Part shown: positions 37,910 to 58,202 of the stretch, one piece after another | How the letters are laid out: every line of letters begins with the position of its first letter | How positions within the stretch are numbered: position 1 is the first letter of the stretch | Made by a program: the position numbers and the translations under genes | Assembly: GCF_009914755.1 (NCBI RefSeq) | Contig: NC_060933.1 | DNA: 64,000 nucleotides | Source: the human T2T-CHM13v2.0 reference genome, Homo sapiens | Reading direction: 5' to 3' (one strand) | The notes under the pieces: generated by a model | What the model was told of the DNA's origin: nothing | Databases searched by the model: none | Seen by the model: only the letters and a program-made list of their open reading frames with translations

Positions 37910-40110
37910 GCATTTTTTTAATAGTTAATTTTTTAAATTTTGAGGTAAGTTTAGACTTTATACAAGAGTTGCAAAAATAGTATGGAGAGTTCCCATACAC
38001 CCTCCTCCTTTTAACAATGGACATAATCATGTCTAGTCATCAAAACTAGGAAATTAACCTTGGTACAATACTATTAACCAAAGTACATACTTTATTTTGA
38101 TTTCTCCAGTTGTTTCACTGATATCTTTTGTTCCAGAACACAATCCAGGGGCCCACATTGCATTTAGCTGTCATGCCTTCATAGTCTTCTCCAATCTGTG
38201 ACAGCTCAGTCTTTCCTTGTTTTTTTGTGACTTTGACACTTTTCAAATGGGTATTTTGTCAAATGTCAGTTATTCTGAAGAATGTCCCTCAATATGGGCT
38301 TGTTTGTTTTCTCAGGATTAGATTGAGTGAACTTACCTCTCTGTGTGTGTATATGTGTGACCTTCTCAGTGTTTCATATCAGGGGGTATATACAATGTTG
38401 GTGTGTTTTATTGGTACTGTTAATCTTGATCACTTGGCTAAAGTTATGTCTGTCAGAATTCTCTAAATAAACTTACTATTTTTCCCTTTGTAATTACTAT
38501 ATATTTGCAGACTATGCAAATATTCTGTTTCTGTTGACACTGATGCCACTTATTTAGCATCCATTAGTAGGTTTTGCTTGTCGCAATTATTACTGTGATG
38601 TTCTAATGGTGAATTTTTTTTTTTTTTTTTTTTTTTGGTTTGTTGCCCAGGGTGGAGTACAATGGCATGATCTTGGCTTACTGCAACCTCCGTCTCCCAG
38701 GTTTACCTTAGCCTCCAGAGTAGCCGGGACTGTAGGCACATGCCACCGCGCCAGCTAATTTTTGTATTTTTTTTTTGTATAGACGGGGTTTCAGCATGAT
38801 ACCAAGGCTGGTCTTGAACTCCTGAGCTTAAGCAATCCACCTGCTCCGGCCTCCCAAAGTATTGGGATTACAGGCATGAACCACTGTGCCCAGCCCTAAT
38901 GGTGATTTTTCTATTTCCCTCATTCCTTCTACATTTATATTTATATTTATATTTTTAGAGATGGAGTCTCACTATGCTGCCCAGGCTGGTCTTGAACTCC
39001 AGGGCTCAAGTGATCCTCTTGCCTTGGCCTCCCAAAGTGCTGGGATTACAGGTGTGAGCCACTAAGCCTGGCCTCCTTCTACATTTGTTAATCAGAATTC
39101 ACTTAAAGGAAAAATGATCACTTCTCTTTATTTATTCACTTATTCCTTTCGGTATGAACTCATGGATATTTTTATCCTTTGGGTTATAAATTAATCCTAC
39201 AGTTATTGTTCCTCAAGTTGTTCCACCGTTGGCCATCAGAAGTTCTTTCAGGTTGGCTTCTGTGCCCTTTGATATGCTTCCTTTCTTTTTTTAGAAAGCA
39301 CTTCCTAGCTTGCTGGCCCCTTAAGATGCTCCAGGATCATTTTATATTTCCCCTACCCCAGCCTTGGAATCAACCAGTTTTCCAATGAGTCCTCATTCCT
39401 TTCATTGATATTTGGAAGCCAAGATCTGGGTGCTGGGTGTACTCATTGCTCCTGGGGTATCTGCTTCTAGCCCCTCTCAGTGGCTAGAGCTTGGAAATAT
39501 ACATATGTACACTAACTCACCTACCCACACAAGGTATCTATGTATTTTTAAATCTATCTGAAACACGAATACATATTGATACACTGATTCCAATCTAGCA
39601 CGAGGGGATTCATTCTGGCCTTCTCCTTTGCTGATTTATAACTTCTTTCTTTCTCTGATGTGAGAAACCTGACTCTCATTGTCCACAATATATTTACTTG
39701 CTGATTCTACTCTATTATACAAATGAAGTAGTGAAAAAATTCCTAACACATAACCTTGAGAGAAACAAATTTTACAAACTAGAGTGCTTTGTTTGTATGT
39801 AATTCTTTTTGTTTTTAGCCTTACAGTATACAGTCAAAATACTTTTCAAAGGTTAGCTCCTTTTTTCTCCAACCCCTTAAGTGTGGTTATGTGACTAATT
39901 TGTAACACCAGCTAGATTCATTTGTCATAGTGTGCATTCTTTCTCTCTGCCCTTTAACCCCCAAAACATCCTAGCTGATTAAACAAATTTTCACATATAG
40001 TAACATTTATTTTTTTGTGGTGTAAAGTTCTATGGGTTTTGACAAATGCACAGAATTATGTGTCAACCACCACAGGTCCATACAGAACATTCCTTACCCC
40101 CAAAATACTC
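37910..40110 (-). mobile_element. Old L1M (MC-type) 3' fragment, interrupted by AluJ (38614-38895) and FLAM (38950-39072)
   Basis: GAGTTGCAAAAATAGTATGGAGAGTTCCCATACACCC and AGTTCTATGGGTTTTGACAAATGCA reverse-L1 motifs. Confidence 0.8.
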
Positions 40111-40151
40111 CCACGGCAACTGCAATTTTAATCCTGCTTTCGCAGCACCAA

Positions 40152-40165
40152 CCAGGAGGTGGCAG
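40152..40165 (+). promoter_or_regulatory. Candidate CTCF motif
   Basis: CCAGGAGGTGGCAG matches 13 of 14 positions of CCASYAGRKGGCRS. Confidence 0.45.
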
Positions 40166-41449
40166 GGTTTCTCTCCCTGACGCAGACTTCACCAGGCAAC
40201 TGGGTCTGCCTGCTCTGCATGCAAACAGTCCTAAGGAGACAGCTAGCTCCCTGTCCCTCATACTCCGTGTGTCTTCTGACTATGGTCAGAGGGGTTATAA
40301 GGTTAAGTTTCTTCTTCCCTAAAACAGGTGAGTTTTGCTGGAAGCCTCAGAATCTCACACTCCAGCTGAACAAGCAGGATGATTCATCAGAGACAGCAGT
40401 CAAGAAGGCAACCCATAATAACTAAGCTTTCATAAGATACTCACAGTGAGGGCAACAAAGGGAGATGAGAGAAGTGGAGGCCAAAACCAAAACAGGGTGA
40501 GGGCAGGAAGTTGACAGACTCTTCAGACAGTACATGTTTGGTATTGGTGGCTGGAAAAGATTTCAATAAGAGGAAACTGACAGTGGGGAAGGGAAAAGAT
40601 CTCCAAGTAGAGGAAAAAACCTGAGTACAGGCACAGCAGTGTAAGGCATCCCTGAGGCACAGTGTTCAGAAATGAGTTAGAAAGACAGGCAGGGGACAAA
40701 CTTGGTAACACTTCAAATGTCCTACTATGGCATTCATCATCCAGTAAACACAGGGCATTCCAACATGTAAACAGCTATGCCACATGGTAGACATGTGAAG
40801 CAGTACATTGTCCGTGTCCGTATTAAGCAGGTACAAGCTCTGCTTAATAACAAATTATAATTTAGTTAACTGTTAACTGTCAACATAACCACCCCTAAAC
40901 TATTGCTAACTCATTTTACCTCCCTAAGCTGTATCTGTAAACTGGGGATAATAGTTAATAACAGGGTTGTTGTATGTATTCAGTGGTAGAATATATATAT
41001 GGAGGGTACATAAATAAGTGCTCAATATTAGTATTTATAATAAATTATAAACCACCTAAATTTATCTAAATGCACTTCCACATCTCTCTTACCTTTCTTC
41101 ATGATGGGCAAGTTTTTAAAAGGTCCTTCTTATCTCATACACAATAAAACCAGTCTGAGTATATCTGGATGTCTGCATTCATAATGCTATAAAACCAGTT
41201 TGAATAGTTCACTATATCTGACTAACACCCCCATCCCTGAACACTGCTGCTATGAACCCCTAATACCTTGCTGGGTATTTTATATGTTATCATACTTAAT
41301 CCCGTAGAGAACTCTGAAGGGTAAGTAACATACCATCTTAAAGGTAAGATAATTGAATATTGGAGATATAAAGCAAACTTCCTAAGGTCACAGAGCTAAA
41401 AGCTAGTCTGTTTGCCTCTAGAGCCTCTCTTCTTTCTGCTGAATGACAC

Positions 41450-42150
41450 TGCTCTATTCTACTCTCCACTCTCCATGGGAATACCACTCTAGGCTTCTGA
41501 CACCGGCCCTTCTCTCTTCTGTATCTAAGCTCTCTCTGTGGGTGATTTCACCTATGGACTAGACTTTTACTACCACCTCTGTGCCAACAGCTCCATGAAG
41601 CCTGTTTGCAGGCAGGACTTTTCATCTCAGTTCCAATCCTATATAACCAACTTCCTTGGTGGACATCTTTATGCATCCTTCTCAGGTATCTCAAACTCAG
41701 TATTGCCAAGGCCAACATTTTGCCCCACCCTTTTTCTTTTCTTTTCAGAGGGTCCTATAGAGAAATCACCCTGCTTTTTAGCTTGACTTTTTTTTTTTTT
41801 TTTTTTTTTTTTCGTTTTTTTCTCCCTGGTAAGGTCATTACTCTTAATCCACATCCTCGATTTCAACTTCTGGTGCTGCTCAATATTCAGTATGTCACCA
41901 ACTCCTATCAGATGAGTTTCTTCAACATCTCTGTGTGCCATTATTTCCCCCGTTCCTTCAGATCCTTCAGATTTCCTTCTAGACTCTACTAAAAACTTTC
42001 TAGGTGGTTTTCTGTTTCCCCTGCCCCAATTCACCCTCCAAAACAGCCCTTCATATTCATCCTACTAGAACGTCAGTTTGTTCATATTATCTCAGGCTAA
42101 TGGCTCTTGGAAAGCTTCCCAATAAATTCCAAACTCCTCACCAACCTAGA
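41450..42150 (+). mobile_element. L2 LINE fragment
   Basis: CAGGTATCTCAAACTCAGTAT and GTCACCAACTCCTATCAGAT L2-like motifs. Confidence 0.55.
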
Positions 42151-42565
42151 CACAGACTTCTGAGCATGCCTAGCCTCTGAGTACACCGTGGTTCTAGCAA
42201 ACAAAATGATACCGCATTCAGCAATCTCCTACCTCATGCCTTTTCATCCAAAAATTTCTACTTCTGTCATCATTCCTGAAATAACTAGTGAAGTATATTA
42301 ATCCCAGTTAAGACCTGATTGTTAAGTGGGTTCTTGGTCACACAGGGCCTGTGCACTCATTCCCACCTTAACATCTCACTAGTTTTCTTCCCCCCACCTA
42401 GTTTAGGAAGGTCTTATAGGCAAGAATGGTTCATTTTTGGTTATGAGTACAAACTATAAGGCCTGATATGTAGTGCAAGCTTGAGGAATAAGTAACTAAA
42501 CAGCTGACACTAAAGGTAAAGTTTTGAATGAAGGATGGGCCATCAGAGCCATCAGCACCACTCAC

Positions 42566-42808
42566 CCTTCCGGTTCATCCCCATCTGGAGGCATTTGAGC
42601 AGGCGGCAGTACTGGCACCTGTTCCTCTGCTTCCGAGACATGACACAGTTCTTGTCACGACTGCATCGATATACCCGTTTGTTGCAAATGCTCCGCTTGA
42701 AAAACCCTTTGCAGCCCTCACAGGAGATGATCCCATAGTGCAAGCCTGTAGCGCGGTCCCCACAAATGAGACAGGTTCGTTGTTCAGCCCGATCATCTGA
42801 AACAGAAA
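42566..42808 (-). CDS. NR6A1: NR6A1 exon 3 (243 nt): complete two-zinc-finger DNA-binding domain; alternative acceptor at 42796
   Basis: Encodes (I)[80 protein letters not shown]. Acceptor ATCAG| at 42809-42810, donor |GTGAGT at 42565. Confidence 0.97.
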
Positions 42809-43660
42809 CTGATCATGTTCAAGTTAGAACACAGTGGAAATAATGGCTTTAAGCCTACAGTTCCTAAAGTGAGCAACTCTGCTCTGGGTAGATTAAGACC
42901 ACCACTATCTCCAGGCTAAAGGGCAAACAGGGGGCCCATCTTCGGATCCTTGTCCCAAGAGTAGTCCCTGTATCTGTGGTTGCAGATACCACAACACAGT
43001 CTACCTAAACTCTTCCTCCTGGGTTTCATCAACACTTGGATCAGTATCTAAGACTGAAACCTAGAAAGAATCTTTGACTCCTCTATCACCCTTACCCTGC
43101 TCATCTATAACCCATCAATTCTACCCTGTAGGAGCACGGTAAGGATTACTTACCATATATGTAAGGGCCTAACACATGATATACAGCCAATAAATGACAG
43201 CTGTAATTGAGTTCTAACCATACCGAGCTAAGCCGGTCAGCCAGACATCCAGCCAATAAATATTTACTGTGCAACTCTTCTATCCTGGGAACTGCTGTAA
43301 GGCACAAATACAGCAGTGAACAGAAGCCCCTGGTGAAGCTTACACTCTAGCAGAGTATCTATTCTGTGTCCAGGCCCTGTGCTAGGACATAAATAAATCA
43401 TCATGATCCCCAGAGTCATGGAACTCACTGACGAGCAATAAACAAGTTACTCAAGGAGGAAATTCAGGATAGAATATAGCTCTTCACTTCCTCTTCCTTT
43501 AAACTGCATTTACTCAGGACCAAGCAACTGCTAAAGAGCAGGCACACGACAAAAAAGCACCCTGTGAACTGTGATGTGAAGCTATGCCAGCAGGTACAAG
43601 AAATCACCAGGGAAGGTTCCGATCAGAGGCCAAGACAAGAAATCAGATATTTCAACCTCA

Positions 43661-43909
<249 letters not shown>

Positions 43910-44297
43910 TTATAATTAGAGAGATTCTAATTTGAACCCTAGCTCTGAAACTAGCTGGGTGAACTAGGGAAAAATTGACCTTCTTTACTTTTCTAATTTC
44001 TCTCATCTGTTAAATGGTGATTATAATAATACCTATATCCCATGGATAAAGTTCTCATTGCAGTGTGTGGGCTATAATAGACATTTGATAACTGTCAGCT
44101 ATTATTTTCATTATTATTACCCCAGCAGGTACACATTTAATGTGATAATGACATTCCTGAAAGGAAAAGCTTTCGAAGGCAATGTTAGCAGAGGGTCATG
44201 GTAGTATATACAGGAGGGATGCAGAGAAAGGAGGTGGCTTGCATTTCTGGAGCCCTTAATATATGCCAACTTTGAGATGAGTCTTTATGATTGCCAT

Positions 44298-45104
<807 letters not shown>

Positions 45105-45370
45105 CTTTTTTTTTTTTTCGCAAACAGGGAAACAGGCAATATTAAGACTTGTCTCAAGTCAGCTGGCAAACAGCAGGTACTCACAGACAAGTACATACAT
45201 GAGATTATACAACCAGGGAAATGGAGAACGACAGATATGGAAAGACTGCCTAGGTTCTTGAGGACTCTACAGTTCTTGGTTACAGACTTTTCTAAGGCTT
45301 GGATACACTTCCTTTGAGAAAACAGCACAGTGACAAATTGACATAACCACGTTATTGTAATACAATCCTC

Positions 45371-45670
<300 letters not shown>

Positions 45671-47731
45671 AATCCTCCTTCTTTTCTTTCTTAAGCTAAC
45701 TTAAGTGAGTTTCTGTTGTTTGCAACACAAACAAAATACAAAAAGCCCTATTAAGAAAAAAAAGATACCCTATAAAAATGGCCCTGGTGTGATCAGTATT
45801 CCTTTTATTTTCCTTTTGAAAACATAAAGAAAGCTCAAGGTAAACACTACAGAAAAGTTACAATAGCAAATTTTAAAAATTAAAACAGGTAAGGCCAAAC
45901 AGGCAAAATGAATAGCATAAAAATAGCACCCACTATGTTTGAGATGGGATTTCCTAGAGTGCTGAAAAGGCCTGGAAATGGAACATGGAACACTGTTGGG
46001 AAACCATGATTGGCTATGGAAGAATCTAAATTTTCTAATTTTAAAACCTTCAGTGTTCTTTTAGATATGACTATAATGTAAACCAGAGCCTTATTAGAAT
46101 AGACTTAAAAACAGTTATAATGAATATATCCACAAGGACACACCTTCCTTTCTTCACTGATACGATTTCACTGAACACCCACCACAACTAGGTAGGCTTT
46201 ACTTCACTGACTCATGTAATCCTCAAAACCCCATACATAGGTGAGTACAATTGTTATCACCCTTTTGTAAATGATTAAGTGGAAGCTCCAAAATGGTTAA
46301 ACAATTTGTCCACCTAGAAAGTGGCTGACCCTGAACCACCAATATCAGAAATGGAGTTCAATAACCTCTGCATAAAGCATTCCTATGGCATTCTGTGCAG
46401 CATCTGGAGCCAGAGCAAAGAACCTACAGAACGACAATCAAATATAGACCTGTTAAGAACCTGCTCATGTCTCGTAACACTGCTTGCTTTTCTCATGATA
46501 GTTTTAAAAGGCCACACTGAGATCAAAGACTAAAGGGCCATATTTCTTTAAGGAGCCTGAAGCCCTAGGACTGCTTCTCTGTCTGGCTACAGCTATTCTT
46601 ACTGCCTGCCATGTTCTGTTTCTTCAAAAAATGGTCTATGCCATGGATGAGGAACTAATTCAAAAGGGAGTTTCTCAGTGGTACAAAAGAAAGGCTCTCT
46701 CCAGATCAATCTAGTAGCCCTTCAAAGAAGCATTTGGAAAACTTCTCTCCCAGTATGTGAAAAATAACAACAGAATCAGCTATTGTTAACTGACCACTTA
46801 GGTGCTATGCTCTGGCCAAGCACTTAACATACATTACTGTGCTGAATAATCACAATTATTCCTAAACAAGGTGCCCTCAACATTTTACAGATGAGGAAAT
46901 GGAGGCCCATGAGGTGCTATCACTCCCTAATAGTCATCCAGCTAGTAAGGGAAAGCTGGAAGCCTCAAAAGTCTATGTTCCTAACCATTACATTCTTTGG
47001 CCACAGCAAGGTAAATCTACACATTCTACATGCAGGTAAGTCAGTCCCTTCCCCACTGAAAACCAACCAACCAACCACCCAACCAACCAACCAAAAAAGC
47101 CAGGGCCCCCCTTTGTAAATGAACAAACTGAAGCAAATGCCCCTAATCGTGCCTGGCCAGATGTCAGATACAGATTTCTGCACTTCCTATTGCAAAGGAT
47201 TTGAAGTGTATAAGTGTATTTATAGCATGTTTACATGCATTATCTTGCTGGTACCAGGCCAAAGCAAGGGTTATTCTTATCTTATAGATAAGGCAAAAAA
47301 CAGTCAATGAGCACCAACTGTGTACCATGCAATGTGCAAGAAGTTTTTACATACACTATTTACCACAGTAACTTCGAGACATATTATTCCTATATTACTG
47401 AATCTGGAATCTTAAGAGTTAGAAAAGGCCTTAGAAATTGCCCTGTACAGATCTTTACCTGAGGCATGAATTCCCTCCACAATGTTCCAAGACAAAGAGT
47501 TGCCCCATACTCTTACTTGCACATCTCTAGTGACTCAATAAGGTACTTCATTCCATTCATTCTACTTTTAGACAGTTATAATGGTTCAAAGGCTTTTCTT
47601 TATATGGAGCCAAACCTGAAGCTTCCCGCACTGCCCTGAATAATGTGTTCACGGGTAAAAAATAAATGTACAATCTAACCTAGCTCATATATAAACCATT
47701 TAGAGATTTAAAGATAATAATGGAGTTTTCA

Positions 47732-48038
<307 letters not shown>

Positions 48039-48752
48039 TGGAGTGTCCAACTGTGATTTTTTTCCTTCTCATTTCTTAGTCTTAATGAATTATATAGTAT
48101 CAAAATCTCTCTTAAAACAAAGTATCCAGAACTGAATGATTTTTCTTAATATCATTTAAGACTGAATTAATTTTGCTTCTATGTTTCTGCAGCTGGCAAC
48201 ACTAGTAAGTACATACATTTTACAATGACTGAATCTCTGTGGCATGCCACACATTTTATAACAGGAAAAACGGGTGCTGAAAGAGTAAATAATCTTGGTT
48301 ACACAACCAATCAGGAGTGGAGCTGGAATTGCAATTCAAGATCTTCCAATTCTACGACTGCTGTATTTTCAATCCTCCCTGCCACCTCCTACTCAACCAC
48401 ACACATATTTAATTCACATCTGTTTCACAGGCACCTAAAACCTGAAGTATTTGCCACACATACCATTAACCAGTATCTTTCTTATTCCATTCTTGGGAAG
48501 CAGAATGTTGAACCCAAGGGTAGGACTTTACATTTGCCCTTGATCCATTTTATCTTTATATAATAAATTCTGCATGTCATTCTGGTCTATTGAAATATTT
48601 GGGGATCTGGGTCCTGCCACCTAGTATATTATTTCTTCCATCTCCTTCTTGTCTACATGTGTGGTCGGCGTTACATTATTTTCATTTCTATCCTTAAAAC
48701 AGTATTAAACAGAACGTGGCCTTCTAGCAAAACACTGAAGTCCTTTCTCTAA

Positions 48753-49111
<359 letters not shown>

Positions 49112-49391
49112 TAACAAACTTTAAACTTTAATTGATGAGACTGGGATTAGGTGAACAGACATACACTGCAATCAAGGGGACAGGCTTGGGTGGCAATGTA
49201 GAGTTGATCTCAGAGCCCATGGCAAGGTAAGCCTCAACTTGTGGATAGAAAAGAAAATGACAGGCTGAGCACCGTAGTCCCAGCACTTTGTAAGAGTGAG
49301 CACTTAGATGTACCTCTGTTTCTCTTCTATAGAATGTGGATATTATATTATATTAAATTATATTAATAATTTTTTAAAAGAACTGCTGTGA

Positions 49392-49702
49392 GACCAGGCA
49401 CAGTGGCTCATGCCTGTGATCCCAGCACTTTAGGAGGCCAAAGTGGGTGGATCACTTGAGCCCAGGAGTTTAAGACCAGCCTGGGCAACCTGGCAAAACC
49501 CTGTCTCTACAAAAAATACAAAAAATTAGCCAGACGTGGTGGTGCGCCTATAGTCCCAGCTACCCAGGAGGAGGCTGAGGTAGGAGTATCACCTGAGCCC
49601 AGGTGGTCGAAGATGCAGTGAGCTGTGATCATGCCACTGCACTCCAGCCTACGGGGCGGCGGAATGAGATCCCATTTCTAAAAACAAAACAAACAAAAAC
49701 AA
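49392..49702 (+). mobile_element. AluJ SINE
   Basis: Diverged dimeric Alu. Confidence 0.9.
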
Positions 49703-49764
49703 CTGTTTGAGAATGAATAAGGCAATAGATTACCCATAAATGACACAGAGCTCTAGCTTCCTCA

Positions 49765-50275
<511 letters not shown>

Positions 50276-50658
50276 TTAGACAACTGAAGGTGGAAGAGTG
50301 GGTATAGACAAAGAAACAATTGGCATATAAAGTCATGTCTTAAATTTGGTGCTGGAAAACTCCTCTCCAACTTGGGTTTCCTCTGAGAAGAATCTCATTC
50401 CTTTCTAAAAGAGCTGATATAGTTCACTAAGTTTCAGCAAGACTATCAAGAAGAGCTGCACAGAAGTAGCCACAAATATAATATCAGGCTATGTTTTACC
50501 CCTTTGTATGTAAAAGTCATGATCTGCCCACAATTTTATTCCTGCAAAATATTCTATATATTGCTGGTTACCATAACTAAACACAAACATTATTAGAAAA
50601 AAGGTAACATGCTTGGTCTTTGCTATAGACTTTCAAACCTTAGGTTCAATGTAAAATG

Positions 50659-50832
50659 TTTTTTGTTTTTTTTTTGGATACAGGGTTCATTATGTCGCCT
50701 AGGCTGGAGTGCAGTGGCTATTCACAGTTGCAGTCATACCACTCTGCAGCCTTGAACGCCTGACCTCAAATGACCCTCACGCCTCGCCTCCCGAGTAGCT
50801 GGGACTACAGGCATGCGCAACTGCACCTGGCA
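50659..50832 (-). mobile_element. Alu monomer (FRAM/FAM-like)
   Basis: Single reverse arm containing GCAGTGGCTATTCACAG. Confidence 0.8.
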
Positions 50833-51889
50833 AGAGTTTTTTGTTTTTAAGTCAGAGATTATTCTAGCAAAGGTAAAAGAACTATCATATTAAATTGCAT
50901 TTCTTAAACTCCTGCTGATAAATAAGAGCAGATTCAGAGCTCAGTTAGGGTCTCTGTGGACACATATTTTCAGAGGCAAAAATGTCAAATTCAAAGGAAG
51001 TAAAATGATAAATAAAGCTGCTGATATGGTTGGCCTAGAAGATTAGTAACAATCTGAACCAGCTACAGAGCCCTAGCAACATCTCTTCAGAGCACCATTG
51101 ACATGTGTCTGCTGAAATAAATGGATATGCCCATCTCCACATCATTTAGCAAGAACAAAAAATAAATGAGGATAAAGAGATTTATAAAGGAATCTAGTCA
51201 TCGATCTGACAAGAATTGTACAATCTGGGGTCTTGTTTTACAACAGCTGCAGGACTTCTCAGTTACACCTAACCAAGGTTCTGCTGCAGGTAGGTTTTGA
51301 TTAAAGATGTTAACAGTAAAATCTGGCACAATGAATGCTATAGAGAAGATACACAATTTGTTGAATGAATGAATGATCAATAAATGAACAAATGGTATGG
51401 CTTGGTGCAATGTTTTCCAAATTACAAGTCATAACCCACAGCATCATGTTTGGAAAAAAATGAAATGAAAAATATCAAGTGCATCATATGTACCGAGAAA
51501 GGGTAAAATTCCGTGAAACTTCAGTTTCAATTAAAGTGTGTGCATTTGTGTGTCTGTGATGTGCAAGTGTGCAGTGGAGTACTGGATCACAATGTATGTA
51601 GAACTGTAAAAAGTTTTAAACACATTGGCCTAGCATTTCAGACATACTAATATAAACTCCAGCTCTGCCACTTGCCAGTTTTATAATTGTGGGTAAATAA
51701 TTCAGTTCTCTTAGTCTAACTATTAACTGTAAAATACAAATAATATTAGTACTTACCTCATACAGATTTGCTAGGGATGAAATGATACAGTACAAGATGC
51801 TAAGAACATGTACATGGTGCTTACTATGTACCAAGTTCTGTCCTAAATTTGTTACACTGAATCACTCACTCATTCCTTACAACTCTAAA

Positions 51890-52075
51890 CAGACAGTCCC
51901 CTGCTTATAGAGTTCAACTTAAGGACTTTTCTACTTTATGATGGTATGAAAGTGATATGTATTCAGTAGAAACAGTACTTCCAATTTTGAATTTTCATCT
52001 TTTCCCCAAGCTAGCGATATATGATATGATACTCTCTTGCAATGCTGGGCAGCAGCAAGCCGTAGCTCCCAGTCA
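51890..52075 (+). mobile_element. MER47/Tigger5-type DNA transposon fragment
   Basis: ATTCAGTAGAAACAGTACTT...GATACTCTCTTGCAATGCTGGGCAGCAGC...GCTCCCAGTCAG. Confidence 0.65.
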
Positions 52076-52345
52076 GGCTGGGGTGGGAGAATCATTTGAG
52101 GCCAGGAGTTCTAGACCAGCCTGGGTAACATAGCAAGACCCCATCCCTACGAAAAATAAACAAATTAGCCAGGCATGGTGGCACACACCTATATGGTCCT
52201 AGCTACCTGGGATACTGAGGTGGGAGAATCCCTTGAGCCCAGGAATTTAAAGCTGCAATGAGCTCTGACTGTGGCACTGTACTCCAGCCTGGATGACAAA
52301 GCAAGACGCTGTCTCTAAAAAAACCAACAACAACAACAAAAAGAA
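52075..52345 (+). mobile_element. AluJ SINE (5' truncated)
   Basis: Diverged Alu with (CAA)n tail. Confidence 0.85.
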
Positions 52346-52379
52346 AAATTCATCTTAAATAAAGCTATAAATAGTGCTT

Positions 52380-54650
<2,271 letters not shown>

Positions 54651-55064
54651 AAAACACAGCAGAGCACTCCAAGAAAGGGAAATGATATCAGCAACGGCAA
54701 AAGGAAGGAAAACAAACGCAAGGTGTGTTTGAGAGAATTGCATAGAATATTGATGTTGCATAGAGACATCTTACGGAGGAATGGTGGGAGATACATCTTG
54801 AAAACTGATTTGGAATAGACTGCAATCGATATTATCCTGCTGAGAGAAAGCTACTGAAATGTTTGAACAGGAGCCTAGAAAGGGCTTGCTGACCGACTGG
54901 ACCACAGAGGAGAGATGAAGAGAGGAGGGGATAGGAAAGTGGCAGAGAGGAACTCAAGGTTCTAAACCACGTGGCTGTGAGAAATGAGGCAACACTAACA
55001 GAAAATTGGAAAACAAAAGCTGAGTGCGGGGCAAAAGTAATGGCTTTAGTTTAAAGAGAGGACA

Positions 55065-55419
<355 letters not shown>

Positions 55420-55718
55420 TTAGGGGACAATGGTCAGGGCTAAAATGAAGAATCTGGGAGTCCTCAACACACAGAAGAGTTGAAGCTATGGGAACAGATC
55501 AGAACTCCAAGGGGTGGGGGTTAGGGGGTCAGAGAATGTGGAGAAGCAGCAGCAGGATAAAACAGAGAGGGGAAGCTGAGACCTTAGGGAAGTAAAGTGA
55601 GATGACATGGTCAAAGAAGAAAAGGGTAGAATATAAATCCATGATTATCAGAAAGATAAGGGACAAAAGGATTCCACAACGAAGACTGCATTGTCAAATG
55701 CAACATCAAAACATATGA

Positions 55719-55868
55719 GGGCCAGGTGCGGTAGCTCACATCTGCAATCCCAGTACTTAGGGGAGGCAGGAGCAGGAGGATAGCTTGAGCCCGGGAGTCG
55801 GAGACCAGCCTGGGCAAGACAATGAGACCCTGTTCTCCACAAAAAGGAAAAACAAACAAACAAAAAAG
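55719..55868 (+). mobile_element. Alu monomer (FLAM-like)
   Basis: Single arm with A-rich tail. Confidence 0.8.
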
Positions 55869-56131
55869 TGTGCAGAATAAAAAAGGCTCAAAGGTCACTA
55901 TTGAGAACCACTTTGGTGAACTAGTTAGGACAAAAACCATACTGACTTAAAAGTGAGTGGTAAAGAAATAAAATAATTAGCTATACATCATGATCCATTG
56001 GGAGTGATAGAGAAAATACATTTTGTAGGAGGCAGCAAAGATTCAAGCAGATGCTTTTTAAAAATTTGCTTTTTTTTTTTTTTTTTTTTTTTAACTAGTA
56101 CAGAGTCATACGCATTTAAAAAAGAGAAACA

Positions 56132-56833
<702 letters not shown>

Positions 56834-57069
56834 TTAAACATTTGTGTATCTTTTTCTGTATTTTATTTTTATTAAGAAAAAAATTAAGTGACTTGCCCAG
56901 GGTTAGAAAAGCAAAGTGATTCACCCAAGGACACAGCAAATCAGTGATGGAACTGAGTTTTAACCTTATTACTCTTCAAAAGATAGACTTCCCATTACAT
57001 AAACTACCTCCTGTGAAGGTGGGGGAAGAGAAGGATGGTTGGTATGGCAGGTATCAAGACTGAGCCTCA

Positions 57070-57365
<296 letters not shown>

Positions 57366-58202
57366 TCAGTGCTGCTGCTGCATCACCCATCCCCCCCTTT
57401 AAGGAAACAAAGAAATGACAGGAGTCACAACAAAATCTGTGAAACAGAGAACTACGTGCAATCTATCTTGTAAGTGAGCACAACACACCCTCCCCTTCTA
57501 GCAATCGGTTCTACCTTAATTTGGTTAAACACAGGACAAAACCTGTTACAAAAAGGCTTCATACTCTCATACCTTCACTCAGCCTTGCTGTTACAAAAAT
57601 ACCTCCTCCACCCCAGGAAGGGCATTTTACCCATTCCAAGGGCTCAGGTTACGCAAATTACATTTGGAAACCGATTTTTATCAAAACCTGCTTTTCAGAC
57701 TGTGATGAAGGCCAGATTTAGGAAATGGAGAATACAGCCACTCGCTTGACCAAAATTTTATTGACAACTAAGGCAATCTGGAACTTGCCTGGCTAAAGGG
57801 TATTTAAAACAAAAGGGATCTGTTTCAACTGGATTACTAGTTCCAACTCTCTGATCAGTTGTACATTCTAAGGACTGACTCCAATCAGTTTCATGAGGTT
57901 GCCACTATCTGAAATGAAGGCCTCAGGCTGTACAGCAGAATTGAAATTGGGAACAGGTACCCTCAAAATTTCATTTGCAAACACAGAATTTAAACACAAA
58001 TAATAAAAAAATCATCGCACTGTTCCTCTATTTACATACCATGTCCATTCCACCGCACATACTACTATAAAATTCCATTTCCAAGGTCACACATGGAGTT
58101 CCTCAGAGGACATTTCTAAAAATTGACATCAGCTGAATGAAAACAAGTGAGCAATTTACAAGACTGATGGACTATTTGGGAGTTATTCTTACTGATCACT
58201 AG

